NCBI GenBank assembly: GCA_031262625.1
Contig: JAISHJ010000007.1
Location: forward strand, 516 to 64,515
Direction of reading: 5' to 3'
Origin: Ruminococcus sp.
Lineage (GTDB): Bacteria; Bacillota; Clostridia; Oscillospirales; Ruminococcaceae
Length of the DNA: 64,000 nt
The notes beneath the pieces are model-generated. The model searched no databases, was not told the origin of the DNA, and was given only the letters and a program-made list of their open reading frames with translations. Positions 54,481 to 63,664 of the stretch are shown here, in pieces. Positions within the stretch are counted from its first letter, which is position 1, and each line of letters opens with the position of its first letter. The position numbers were made by a program, and so were the translations under genes.

Positions 54481-55704
54481 TTAACTTCTGTAGTCTCCGT
54501 TAATTTTAACGTAATCGTATGTTAAGTCACAGCCCCAAGCGGTCGCAGATTCGCTTCCCTGATGAAGATTCACGTTTATTTCAATTTCATATTCCGATAA
54601 AATATCTGCGGCAGTTTCTTCGGAGAAATTTAAGCCTTCTCCGTTTTTGCAGACGGCAATTTCACCGCGCTTTGAAGCCAAACTTACTTCAATAGGTGAG
54701 ATTTCAATGTCCGCAGGCGCGTAGCCTATCGCGCAGAGAATCCGTCCCCAGTTTGCATCTTCACCGAACATAGCGCATTTAAGCAAGTCAGATCCGATTA
54801 TAGATTTTGCGACAGTCTTCCCTACTTCAAAGGAGGGCGCGCCGGTAACATTTGCAGTCAAAAGTTTTGAAGCGCCTTCGCCGTCTTTCGCAAGCATAAT
54901 CGTTAGGTTTTTCATTACCTCAAAGAGTGCATTTTTGAAGCTTTCATAGTCTGCATTAACACTGTCAATAAACTTATTGGCGGCAAGTCCGTTCGCCATT
55001 AAAATTATGGTGTCGTTAGTACTCATATCGCCGTCAATATAAAGGCAATTGTAAGTCTTTTCTGTCACATCTGAGAGTGCTGTGCGGAGCAAATCCGGCG
55101 AAATTTTCACATCGGAGGTGATTACGTTAAGTGTCGTCGCCATATTCGGTGCAATCATTCCCGAACCTTTAGCCATACCGCCGATTCTGCAAGCTTTTCC
55201 GTCAAGCGTAAATTCGACAGCGTATTCTTTTTTGAAAGTATCTGTAGTCATAATTGCAGTAGCCGCATCGGCATTTCCGTTTTCGGAAAGTTTCCCTATA
55301 AGCGTAGGTACCGCCGCAGTTATCTTGTCAATCGGAAGCGATTGCCCGATTACACCGGTTGAACAGACAAGCACTTTTTCTGTATCAATTTTAAGCTTTT
55401 CTGCGGTCGCTTTGCACATAGCTTTCGCAGTCTCTATTCCGTCATGTACACAGGCGTTTGCATTTTTAGAATTTAATATAACGGCGTTTATAATACCGCC
55501 GGTTTTTTTAAGGTTATCTATAGAAACGAGTACCGGTGCGGCTTTAACCTTATTTTTTGTGAAAACAGCCGCTGTGTCTGCCGGAATATCAGAAGCTACA
55601 AGCGCAAGGTCAAATTTTCCCGTAGGGTTATCCTTCACCCCGGCGTAAACTCCGCTTGCCTTAAAGCCTTTGGCAGCACAAACGCCGCCTTTTGTAATAT
55701 TCAT
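54481..55704 (-). CDS. argJ: Bifunctional glutamate N-acetyltransferase / amino-acid acetyltransferase
   Basis: The product contains AKGFKASGVYAGVK, the GMIAPNMATTL autoprocessing site, and CDLTYDYVKINGDYRS at the C-terminus. Confidence 0.95.
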   Translation of the reverse strand: MNITKGGVCAAKGFKASGVYAGVKDNPTGKFDLALVASDIPADTAAVFTKNKVKAAPVLVSIDNLKKTGGIINAVILNSKNANACVHDGIETAKAMCKATAEKLKIDTEKVLVCSTGVIGQSLPIDKITAAVPTLIGKLSENGNADAATAIMTTDTFKKEYAVEFTLDGKACRIGGMAKGSGMIAPNMATTLNVITSDVKISPDLLRTALSDVTEKTYNCLYIDGDMSTNDTIILMANGLAANKFIDSVNADYESFKNALFEVMKNLTIMLAKDGEGASKLLTANVTGAPSFEVGKTVAKSIIGSDLLKCAMFGEDANWGRILCAIGYAPADIEISPIEVSLASKRGEIAVCKNGEGLNFSEETAADILSEYEIEINVNLHQGSESATAWGCDLTYDYVKINGDYRS

Positions 55705-55718
55705 AATACAAAACCTTT

Positions 55719-56660
55719 CTAAATAAGCCCTGTTTTTTCGTCAAGACCGAGCGCAATGTTCATGCACTGAACAGCCGCGCCGGATGCGCCTTTTCCGAGG
55801 TTATCAAGCCTTGCTGTGAGGAGAATGTGTTTATCGAAACCGAAAACGTAAATCTCCATTAAATTCGTCCCGGAAAGACTGTTTGCGGCAAGATAACCGC
55901 CGAATGTGTCTTCAATATGTTCAGGCATAACCTTAACGAAATTTGAGCCTTCATAATGTTCCGCAAGAAGTTGACGAATACGCGAAACGGTTGTGGGCTT
56001 AGCCATAAGCCTCGTGTGAAGCGGGATATTAACAAGCATCCCGGAGAAATAATTATCAACCATAGGATTAAATATCGGCGGATAAGAAAGCCCCGACTTT
56101 GCCATCATTTCGGGAATGTGCTTGTGGTAGGAGGACATGGAGTACATTCTCGGGGAGAGGAGTTCTGAGGGTTTTTCCGGCGACTCATATTCCGCAATAC
56201 CCTTTTTCCCCGCGCCGCTGTAGCCCGAAACGGCATTTGCAGTCATTGGGTAGTAGGGTTGAATCTGTTTGTCTTCAATAAGAGGGTAAACGAGTGCTAC
56301 AAATCCGCTTGCGTAACAGCCGGGTACGGCAATTCGCTTAGATTTTTCAATTTCTTCGCGATGATGAGCAGAAAGTTCCGGGAAACCATATGCCCAACCG
56401 GGTGTAACTCTGTGTGCAGTAGAAGCATCAATAATAATCGTGTCGGGGTTTTCGCAAAGCGAAACCGCTTCACGCGCCGCATCGTCCGGTAAACATAAAA
56501 ATGTCACATTCGAAGCGTTTATCATCTGTCTTCGCGAAGAAATATCTCTCCGCAGCGCTTCATCTATCTCAATAACTTCTAAATCAGACCGGGAGGAAAG
56601 CCTTTCGCGAAGTTTAAGTCCTGTGGTACCTGCCGCGCCGTCTATAAATATCTTTTTCAT
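55719..56660 (-). CDS. argC: N-acetyl-gamma-glutamyl-phosphate reductase (short, type-2 form)
   Basis: I chose the ATG at 56660 (MKKIFIDGAAGTTGLKLRERL). The active-site region is GCYASG, and the C-terminal motif is DNLGKGASGAAVQCMN. Confidence 0.9.
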   Translation of the reverse strand: MKKIFIDGAAGTTGLKLRERLSSRSDLEVIEIDEALRRDISSRRQMINASNVTFLCLPDDAAREAVSLCENPDTIIIDASTAHRVTPGWAYGFPELSAHHREEIEKSKRIAVPGCYASGFVALVYPLIEDKQIQPYYPMTANAVSGYSGAGKKGIAEYESPEKPSELLSPRMYSMSSYHKHIPEMMAKSGLSYPPIFNPMVDNYFSGMLVNIPLHTRLMAKPTTVSRIRQLLAEHYEGSNFVKVMPEHIEDTFGGYLAANSLSGTNLMEIYVFGFDKHILLTARLDNLGKGASGAAVQCMNIALGLDEKTGLI

Positions 56661-56816
56661 TTTTGACTCCGTGTAAATCACGCTAATATATGTAAATTTT
56701 ATATCTGAGTTTTGGAAATACATATTAATTATAACAGTAAATTATGAATTTATCTACATACAAATATTTATTATATGTAAATATATCGTATAATAATAGA
56801 TAAAATTAAAAATATA

Positions 56817-56850
56817 CTGCATATATACCATTAAAACTGTATATATGCAG
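56817..56850 (-). terminator. Hairpin terminator after spoVAC / upstream boundary of the arg promoter region
   Basis: CTGCATATATAC-N10-GTATATATGCAG (12-bp perfect arms), followed on the minus strand by T-rich sequence. Confidence 0.6.
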
Positions 56851-56856
56851 AAAATA

Positions 56857-57294
56857 TTATTTTATAAAGAAATAAATAACACCGTAGATGAAAGAGGCGG
56901 CTATTCCGTAAAGAATTACCGGACCTGATATCGCGAAAATTTTTGCGCCTACACCCAGAACGAAGCCTTCCGACTTAAATTCGAGAGCAGGGGAGACGAC
57001 CGCATTTGCAAAACCTGTTATCGGAACGAGAGTTCCCGCTCCGGCGTGCTTGGCGAGTCTGTTATAGAGCCCGAATCCCGTTAAAATTGCCGATAAAAAT
57101 ATAAGAGTAACGGCGGTTAGAAGCGCAACATCATCTTTCGCAAATCCCGCCATTTCGTAAAGTTTTCGCAAAGCCTCGCCTATAGAACAGATTAGTCCTC
57201 CGACAGCAAAGGCTTTGAGGGTATCTATCCCGGCTTTTGAATTAGGCGAAGCGCGCTTTACCATCTCACCGTAAGAAGCTTTTGAAACAGTCAT
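56857..57294 (-). CDS. spoVAC: Stage V sporulation protein AC
   Basis: The product contains MTVSKASYGEMVKRASPNSKAGIDTLKAFAVGGLICSIGE ... PITGFANAVVSPALEFKSEGFVLGVGAKIF, typical of SpoVAC. The ATG at 57294 has an AGGTGA RBS. Confidence 0.85.
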   Translation of the reverse strand: MTVSKASYGEMVKRASPNSKAGIDTLKAFAVGGLICSIGEALRKLYEMAGFAKDDVALLTAVTLIFLSAILTGFGLYNRLAKHAGAGTLVPITGFANAVVSPALEFKSEGFVLGVGAKIFAISGPVILYGIAASFIYGVIYFFIK

Positions 57295-57385
57295 TTTAAT
57301 CACCTGTAACTATTATGCCTTTTAGCTTCCCGCTTATTCTGCGCAATTTGCAACGGTGTAAATTGTAAACTTTTTGTTAAAAGGC

Positions 57386-57444
57386 TTGATTTTTCAAATA
57401 GAAGTGCTATAATAGTCTTAGCACTCGTTCAGAAAGAGTGCTAA
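57386..57444 (+). promoter_or_regulatory. htpG promoter followed by a perfect CIRCE (HrcA) operator
   Basis: The promoter is TTGATT-N16-TATAAT (57386-57413, with TGC upstream of the -10). The operator is TTAGCACTC-GTTCAGAAA-GAGTGCTAA at 57418-57444, which equals the CIRCE consensus TTAGCACTC-N9-GAGTGCTAA. Confidence 0.85.
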
Positions 57445-57456
57445 GGAGGAAAAATT

Positions 57457-59361
57457 ATGTCTGAACATAAGGAATTTAAAGCCGAATCAAAACGGTTGCT
57501 TGATTTAATGATTAACTCAATCTATACCCATAAGGAAATTTTTTTACGCGAACTTATTTCAAACGGTTCTGACGCAATCGACAAAATGTACTTCAAGTCG
57601 TTAACCGACACAAGCTTAGGTCTTTCAAAATCGGATTTTTATATCCGCATTGATACTGACAAAGAAGCAAAAACAATAACCATTACCGACAACGGTATAG
57701 GTATGACGGAAGCGGAGCTTGAAAATAACCTCGGCGTAATTGCACAAAGCGGTTCTCTCGCGTTTAAGAAGGATAATAATGCCGAAGACATTGACATTAT
57801 CGGGCAGTTCGGCGTTGGTTTTTATTCGGCATTTATGGTATCAAAAAAGGTTGAAGTTAAGACAAAAGCGTACGGTTCCGACACTGCGTATTTATGGACA
57901 TCTGAAGGAGTAGACGGTTATAATATCGAAGAATGTGATAAGGATTCATTCGGTACGATAATTACTCTCACACTAAAGGACGATACAGAAGACGAAAAAT
58001 ATACAGACTTCTGCGAAAGCTGGAAGATACGTTCGCTTGTGAAGAAATATTCGGACTATATCCGCTATCCGATTAAGATGGAAAATACCCATCGTCATCT
58101 TAAGGACGGCACGGGTACCGACGAAATCCCCGCCGAATACGAAGAACATACCGAACTTGAAACGCTCAACAGCATGATTCCGATTTGGCGTAAAAACAAG
58201 AGTGAGCTTACTGCGGAAGACTACAACAACTACTATAAAGAACACTTTTTTGACTACGTAGATCCGCTTTTGTATGTACACAAAAAAACCGAAGGCGTAG
58301 TAAGCTACGACAGTCTGCTCTATATTCCTGCTAAAGCACCGATGGACTACTACTCGAAGGATTTTGAAAAAGGCTTACAGCTTTATTCCTCCGGCGTTAT
58401 GATTATGGAGCATTGTAAGGAACTTTTGCCGGACTATTTCTCCTTCGTACGCGGACTTGTAGATTCACAGGATCTGTCGCTTAATATCTCCCGCGAGACA
58501 TTACAGCAAGATCGTCAGGTTAAGGCTATAGCAAAATCTATCGAAAAGTCCGTCAAGGCTGAACTTAAGAAGCTTCTTGAAAATGATCGTGAGAAGTACG
58601 AAGAATTCTGGAAAACATTCGGACTTCAAATTAAATTCGGCGTTTATAACGGTTATGGCATGAACAAGGAAACCTTACAGGATTTACTTCTTTTCTATTC
58701 GTCTTTCGAGAAGAAATTCGTTTCGCTTGACGAGTATATCGAACGCTGTAAGGAAGATCAAAAGTATATCTACTATGCTGCGGCGGATTCACTTGCGAGA
58801 GCGGATGCTCTTCCGCAGACAGAGACACTTAAGGACAAGGGCATTGAGATACTCTACCTCACCGAAAATGTTGACGAATTCACTATTCAAATGCTTCGCG
58901 AATATAAGGAAAAGCAGTTTAAATCCGTCTCTTCCGGCGACCTTGAACTTGGTGAAACCGATACTGCTAAGGCGGAGGAAACGAAGAAACTAGAGACCGA
59001 CAATAAGGCGTTGCTTGAAGCTGTAACAGAGGCTTTGTCGGGGAAAGTTAAGGAAACAAAACTCTCCGAAAAACTAAAATCTCACCCTGTTTGTATATCA
59101 AACGACGGACAAATTTCGCTTGAGATGGAGAAAACTTTCGCGAAGATGCCCGAGAGCGGCGAAGCAGTTAAGGCAGAGAAGATATTAGAACTTAACCCGG
59201 ACCATCCGATATTTGCGAAACTTAAGAACGTATTTGAAACAGACAAAGCTAAGCTTTCAGACTACGCGAATGTACTTTATTCACAGGCTTTGCTTGTTGA
59301 AGGCGTTCCTCTTGAAGACCCTCTCGCATACTCCGATCTTGTATGTAAGATTATGCTTTAG
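57457..59361 (+). CDS. htpG: Molecular chaperone HtpG (Hsp90)
   Basis: The product contains LLDLMINSIYTHKEIFLRELISNGSDAIDK, ITDNGIGMT and GQFGVGFYSAFMV. Confidence 0.95.
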   Translation: MSEHKEFKAESKRLLDLMINSIYTHKEIFLRELISNGSDAIDKMYFKSLTDTSLGLSKSDFYIRIDTDKEAKTITITDNGIGMTEAELENNLGVIAQSGSLAFKKDNNAEDIDIIGQFGVGFYSAFMVSKKVEVKTKAYGSDTAYLWTSEGVDGYNIEECDKDSFGTIITLTLKDDTEDEKYTDFCESWKIRSLVKKYSDYIRYPIKMENTHRHLKDGTGTDEIPAEYEEHTELETLNSMIPIWRKNKSELTAEDYNNYYKEHFFDYVDPLLYVHKKTEGVVSYDSLLYIPAKAPMDYYSKDFEKGLQLYSSGVMIMEHCKELLPDYFSFVRGLVDSQDLSLNISRETLQQDRQVKAIAKSIEKSVKAELKKLLENDREKYEEFWKTFGLQIKFGVYNGYGMNKETLQDLLLFYSSFEKKFVSLDEYIERCKEDQKYIYYAAADSLARADALPQTETLKDKGIEILYLTENVDEFTIQMLREYKEKQFKSVSSGDLELGETDTAKAEETKKLETDNKALLEAVTEALSGKVKETKLSEKLKSHPVCISNDGQISLEMEKTFAKMPESGEAVKAEKILELNPDHPIFAKLKNVFETDKAKLSDYANVLYSQALLVEGVPLEDPLAYSDLVCKIML

Positions 59362-59370
59362 AAATAAAAA

Positions 59371-59406
59371 CGGCAGGCAAGCTAAACTTGTTTGCCGTAT
59401 TTTTTT
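59371..59406 (+). terminator. htpG terminator, overlapping the 3' end of the convergent gene
   Basis: CGGCAGGCAAG-CTAAA-CTTGTTTGCCG followed by TATTTTTTT. Confidence 0.75.
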
Positions 59407-59837
59407 AGTGCTTTCAAAGTTTTATTAAATACTAATTTATTCGGAGTGTATTTATAGTCTGCGAAAATATCAATACCGCTTTTATAAAAATATTCTTTAA
59501 TTGCGGCTGCACACCCTGCGCTTCTTGACTGCCCGTAAATACACTGACATATGAGTAAATCAATTTTCGGTTCGAGCGGCAGTATAAATTCCGCGATTTT
59601 TTCCGCCTGATTTTCGGTGAAAAGGCGATTATCTTTACGCGCCTTTATGAGTTCTTCTTCGCTTAAATCTTCGATAGAAATATCCTCAAAAACAAACCGT
59701 AAAATATGTTCGGGTTCGTACGCCATTTGGGGAAGTTCATCATCATAATCGCTGATGCTTATCAGAGCAGTTTTAGGTTCAAAAGGCGTTTTTGCAATAT
59801 CCTCTATATCTTCAAAACTGCAAATTTTTATATTCAT
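59382..59837 (-). CDS. Hypothetical protein with a CX5R(S) phosphatase-like signature
   Basis: A 151-aa protein. LLICQCIYGQSRSAGCAAAI contains C-x5-R-S, as in the Cys-based phosphatase P-loop. Otherwise unassigned. Confidence 0.4.
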   Translation of the reverse strand: MNIKICSFEDIEDIAKTPFEPKTALISISDYDDELPQMAYEPEHILRFVFEDISIEDLSEEELIKARKDNRLFTENQAEKIAEFILPLEPKIDLLICQCIYGQSRSAGCAAAIKEYFYKSGIDIFADYKYTPNKLVFNKTLKALKKYGKQV

Positions 59838-59839
59838 TT

Positions 59840-60637
59840 TTATACTGCCTTACAAGTACAAAGCACAAGGTCGGGTTTGTTATTTATTCTGAATCTGCCG
59901 AGTCCGCGGCTTACTATGAGATAATGCATAGAGCCGTCATTGGTTTTTTTGCTGTACATTCCCGATTGATATTTCGGGAAAAGCCGCCTTTCAGGCGAAA
60001 GCACACCGCCCAAAACAGGCACGCGGATTGAACCGCCGTGAATGTGTCCGCCGAAAGAAAGTGTTGCTCCCCATTCAGCCTGTACGTCAAAATCAAGAGG
60101 ATTGTGCGCGAGCAAAATTGTGAAATTTCCGCGGGGTTTTCCGATATAATCGTTTATTACACCGACAGTTACGTTTTTGTAGTTACGCTTATATTCACGA
60201 ACGCCTTTATAATATTCCGCCGAGTAACAAAGCCCGTAAATATCGAGAGATTTTCCCTCTCTTTTTATGGTTACACTTTTATTGTCGATGTTTACTGCAC
60301 CGGCAGATTTAAGCTCAGCCTCAATCATTCCGAAAGTCATAGCATCGGTGTCCGAAAGTTCATGATTACCGTTGACGTAGTAAACCCCATACCGTTTTGA
60401 AAGCGTTTTAACCATTCCCACAAGATCGGGAATACCGCTCATGCTGTGAGAAAACATATCTCCCGTCATGACAACAATGTCGGGAGAAAGAGCGTCAATC
60501 ATGTCGGTAAGAAGGTTATTATCTTTGTTGAATATTTTATTGTGAAGGTCAGAAAGCTGAACTATTTTAAATCCGTCAAATGCTTTCGGAAGATTTTTAT
60601 GAACGACAGTATAACGTGAAATTTCAGGATATTGCAT
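59840..60637 (-). CDS. Metallophosphoesterase (YkuE/calcineurin-like)
   Basis: The product contains VQLSDLHN, TGDMFSH, GNHE, LAHNP and GGHIHGG. Confidence 0.8.
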   Translation of the reverse strand: MQYPEISRYTVVHKNLPKAFDGFKIVQLSDLHNKIFNKDNNLLTDMIDALSPDIVVMTGDMFSHSMSGIPDLVGMVKTLSKRYGVYYVNGNHELSDTDAMTFGMIEAELKSAGAVNIDNKSVTIKREGKSLDIYGLCYSAEYYKGVREYKRNYKNVTVGVINDYIGKPRGNFTILLAHNPLDFDVQAEWGATLSFGGHIHGGSIRVPVLGGVLSPERRLFPKYQSGMYSKKTNDGSMHYLIVSRGLGRFRINNKPDLVLCTCKAV

Positions 60638-60646
60638 ATATTCCGC

Positions 60647-62056
60647 CTATATCTTTGTAATTTTTACGCCTTGTCTCGTGTCTTCAATATTATACCCTAA
60701 AATTTTAATTTTTTCACGAAGTTCATCTGCAAGCGAAAAATTCTTTTCCTTTTTTGCCGCAGTTCTTGCTTCTGCAAGGTCTGTAACTTCTTTAGGAATT
60801 TTTTCACTGCCATTATCGCGAAGGTCTAACCCTAATATTCCTGTTAGTTCGTCGAATACCGCCGCACATTTTAACAGTTCATTTTTATTTGCAGTCTGTT
60901 TTGTAAGCAGGATATTTACGCTTGTAACAAGTTCAAAAATACTTGCGATTGCATCGGCTGTATTGAAATCAAAAGCCATTGCGGAGTCGAAATCCTGCTT
61001 GGCTTTTGCAGTGAAATTTTCGACTTCTTCCGATATTTTTTCGGAAGATGAGGCAGCGTTAGCAACCGCCATTTCGAGTGCTTCACGACAGGTTTTCATT
61101 CGTTCAAGAGAAGCTTTCGCCGATTCAATAAGCTTGTCGGTATAGTTAACAGGGTTGCGGTAGTGAGCGGAAATAAGAAAGAAACGGATTGCATCATAGC
61201 CGTATTTTTCTGCTACATCACGAACGGTGAAAAAATTTCCGAGAGATTTGCTCATTTTAGTGTTATCAATATTAAGAAAGCCGTTATGGAGCCAATATTT
61301 TGCGAGAGGTTTACCTGTAGCGGCTTCGGATTGCGCAACTTCGTTTTCATGGTGCGGAAACATAAGGTCCTGTCCGCCGCCGTGAATATCAAGCGTATCT
61401 CCAGCATATTTTTCAGACATTGTGGAACACTCAATATGCCAGCCCGGACGCCCTTTCCCCCAAGGCGAATCCCACGAAGGTTCACCCGGTTTAGCCGCTT
61501 TCCAGAGCGCGAAATCAAGCGGTTCGCGCTTTTTTTCCGAAACATCAACACGCGCGCCGCTGCTAAGGTCATCAATAGGCATATGTGAAAGCTTTCCGTA
61601 GCCGTCAAATTTAAGTGCGGAAAAGTAAACATCGCCCTCATTTTCGTAGGCAAAACCTTTGTCAACAAGCTTTGCCACAAGCGCGATTATAGCATCCATA
61701 TTCTCCGTAACTTTCGGATAAACGGAGGAACGCATTACACCCAAACCGTCAGAATCTTTGAAAAATTCGACGATATATTTCTCCGAAATTTCAGATGCTT
61801 TCACGTTTTCTTCATTAGCTTTTCGGATAATTTTATCGTCAACATCGGTAAAATTCGTGATGTAATTAACGTCGTAACCCGCGTGAATAAGGTATCTTCT
61901 GATACAGTCAAAAACGCAGAGCGGACGGGCATTCCCGAGGTGTATCAGGTTATAAACTGTCGGTCCGCAGACGTACATATTAACCTTTTTTCCGTTAAGC
62001 GGTGTGAAGTCCTCAAGTTTACGCGAAAGTGTGTTATATGCCTTTATATTTTGCAT
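60647..62056 (-). CDS. cysS: Cysteine--tRNA ligase
   Basis: The product contains YVCGPTVYNLIHLGNAR (HIGH-type), GWHIECS and KMSKSLGN. Confidence 0.95.
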   Translation of the reverse strand: MQNIKAYNTLSRKLEDFTPLNGKKVNMYVCGPTVYNLIHLGNARPLCVFDCIRRYLIHAGYDVNYITNFTDVDDKIIRKANEENVKASEISEKYIVEFFKDSDGLGVMRSSVYPKVTENMDAIIALVAKLVDKGFAYENEGDVYFSALKFDGYGKLSHMPIDDLSSGARVDVSEKKREPLDFALWKAAKPGEPSWDSPWGKGRPGWHIECSTMSEKYAGDTLDIHGGGQDLMFPHHENEVAQSEAATGKPLAKYWLHNGFLNIDNTKMSKSLGNFFTVRDVAEKYGYDAIRFFLISAHYRNPVNYTDKLIESAKASLERMKTCREALEMAVANAASSSEKISEEVENFTAKAKQDFDSAMAFDFNTADAIASIFELVTSVNILLTKQTANKNELLKCAAVFDELTGILGLDLRDNGSEKIPKEVTDLAEARTAAKKEKNFSLADELREKIKILGYNIEDTRQGVKITKI

Positions 62057-62070
62057 GGAATTCTCCGAAT

Positions 62071-62730
62071 TTACTTTTCAATATTTTTCAGCTTGTTTTC
62101 GATAATCTCAATGCGGTGAAGTTGTCTGCAAAGTTCCTGTGACACAGGGTCAGGTATATGTACCTGATCGAGATCGGTATTATCAGAAATTTTCTTTCCG
62201 TTTTTACGCACAATTCGTGCCGGAACACCTACAGCGGTGCTGTTGTCAGGGATTGCTTCGAGTACGACAGCATTTGCGGCGATTTTCACGTTATTACCGA
62301 CGCGAAACGGACCGAGAACTCTTGCGCCTGCACCGACCATGACGTTATTACCGAGGGTAGGGTGGCGCTTTCCGCGTTCTTTACCCGTTCCGCCGAGCGT
62401 TACGCCCTGATAGATAAGGCAGTTATTGCCGATTTCTGCGGTTTCGCCGATTACTACTCCCGAACCGTGGTCGATAAAAAGCCCTTTGCCAATTTTCGCG
62501 CCGGGATGAATCTCAATTCCGGTAATAAACCTCGCAAATTGGCTTATAATCCGCGCCAGTGTATAAAGCCCGCGAATGTAAAACTGATGGGCGACACGAT
62601 AAAAAAGTACGGCGTGAAGCCCTGAATAGGTAAGTAAAATTTCAAGAGTGGTACGCGCCGCCGGATCTTTTTTCTTGACGGTTTGTATATCGGATTTTAT
62701 CTGTAAAATTACACGATCAAAACTGCTCAT
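62071..62730 (-). CDS. cysE: Serine O-acetyltransferase
   Basis: I chose the ATG at 62730, with an AAGGAGG RBS. The product contains DPAARTTLEILLTYSGLHAV, IHPGAKIGKGLFIDHGSGVVIGETAEIG (hexapeptide repeats) and KRHPTLGNNVMVGAGA. Confidence 0.9.
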   Translation of the reverse strand: MSSFDRVILQIKSDIQTVKKKDPAARTTLEILLTYSGLHAVLFYRVAHQFYIRGLYTLARIISQFARFITGIEIHPGAKIGKGLFIDHGSGVVIGETAEIGNNCLIYQGVTLGGTGKERGKRHPTLGNNVMVGAGARVLGPFRVGNNVKIAANAVVLEAIPDNSTAVGVPARIVRKNGKKISDNTDLDQVHIPDPVSQELCRQLHRIEIIENKLKNIEK

Positions 62731-62799
62731 ATGCCGCCTCCTTGCTTTATTGTTATCATGATATGAAAAAACTATCAACTGTTTCAGAAATTTTTCATT

Positions 62800-63660
62800 T
62801 TATATAGTTTTTGCGAAAATTTTCGCCGCAGTAAGAGTATTTAGCATTAGCATTGCAATTGTCATAGGACCTACGCCGCCGGGAACAGGAGTAATGTAGG
62901 AAGCTTTTTCGCTGACAGAATCAAAGTCAACATCGCCGCGAACCTTGCCCTCTGCGGTGCGGTTTATTCCGACGTCAATTACAATTGCGCCTTCTTTAAC
63001 CATGTCGGCGGTAACAAAACCGAGTTTACCGATTGCGGCGACTAAAATGTCGGCGCCGCGAGTAATTTCAGGGAGATTTTTTGTACGGGAGTGACATATT
63101 GTAACCGTTCCGTGTTTATGGAGGAGAAGCATTGACATCGGTTTCCCGACGATATTACTCCGCCCGATAACTACGCAGTTTTTCCCGGTAATGTCGATAT
63201 TTTCGGAAGCGAGAAGTTCCATTACTCCGGCAGGAGTTCCCGGCAAAAATTTGTAGTCACCGATCATAATATGCCCGACATTTTCAGGGTGAAATGCATC
63301 AACATCCTTGTCGGGATTAATCGCGTTTATGACAGCATTTTCGTTGATATGCTTCGGAAGCGGCATCTGTACAAGTATACCATGAACAGAATCGTCAGAA
63401 TTAAGTTTCGCAATAAGCGAAAGCAGTTCTGCTTCTGTCGTGCTTTCCGGTAAAGTATGTTCAAAGCTTGCGAAACCCATATCCTTACAAGCTTTGTGTT
63501 TATTCCGCACGTAAATTTGTGAAGCGGGGTCTTCTCCCACAATTATCACCGCAAGACCGGGAGCAATACCTGTTTTTGCCGTGAAAACTTCTGCTTCTGT
63601 CTTAATACGTGCCTTAACAGAGGCGCTTACATCTTTTCCGCTTATAATTTTAGCAGGCAT
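62800..63660 (-). CDS. folD: Bifunctional methylenetetrahydrofolate dehydrogenase / methenyl-THF cyclohydrolase
   Basis: The product contains IISGKDVS, PGLAVIIVGEDPASQIYVRNK, GILVQMPLP, VIGRSNIVGKP and PVPGGVGPMT. Confidence 0.95.
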   Translation of the reverse strand: MPAKIISGKDVSASVKARIKTEAEVFTAKTGIAPGLAVIIVGEDPASQIYVRNKHKACKDMGFASFEHTLPESTTEAELLSLIAKLNSDDSVHGILVQMPLPKHINENAVINAINPDKDVDAFHPENVGHIMIGDYKFLPGTPAGVMELLASENIDITGKNCVVIGRSNIVGKPMSMLLLHKHGTVTICHSRTKNLPEITRGADILVAAIGKLGFVTADMVKEGAIVIDVGINRTAEGKVRGDVDFDSVSEKASYITPVPGGVGPMTIAMLMLNTLTAAKIFAKTI

Positions 63661-63664
63661 AAAA

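Noticed and set aside
55082-55648. 188-aa plus-strand ORF
   Set aside because: It is antisense to argJ and has no independent support.
56661-56816. ARG boxes (ArgR/AhrC operators) in the AT-rich argC upstream region
   Set aside because: Several TGAAT/ATTCA-like fragments are present (for example TTATGAATTTATCTACAT). In sequence this AT-rich I cannot distinguish them from chance by eye. A position-weight-matrix scan is needed before calling them.
62731-62799. Expected T-box leader upstream of cysE-cysS
   Set aside because: Only about 69 bp separate the folD stop from the cysE start. There is no specifier hairpin or T-box sequence (AANNNGGGTGGNACCGCG-like) visible. cysE-cysS appear to be co-transcribed with folD or driven by a short promoter.
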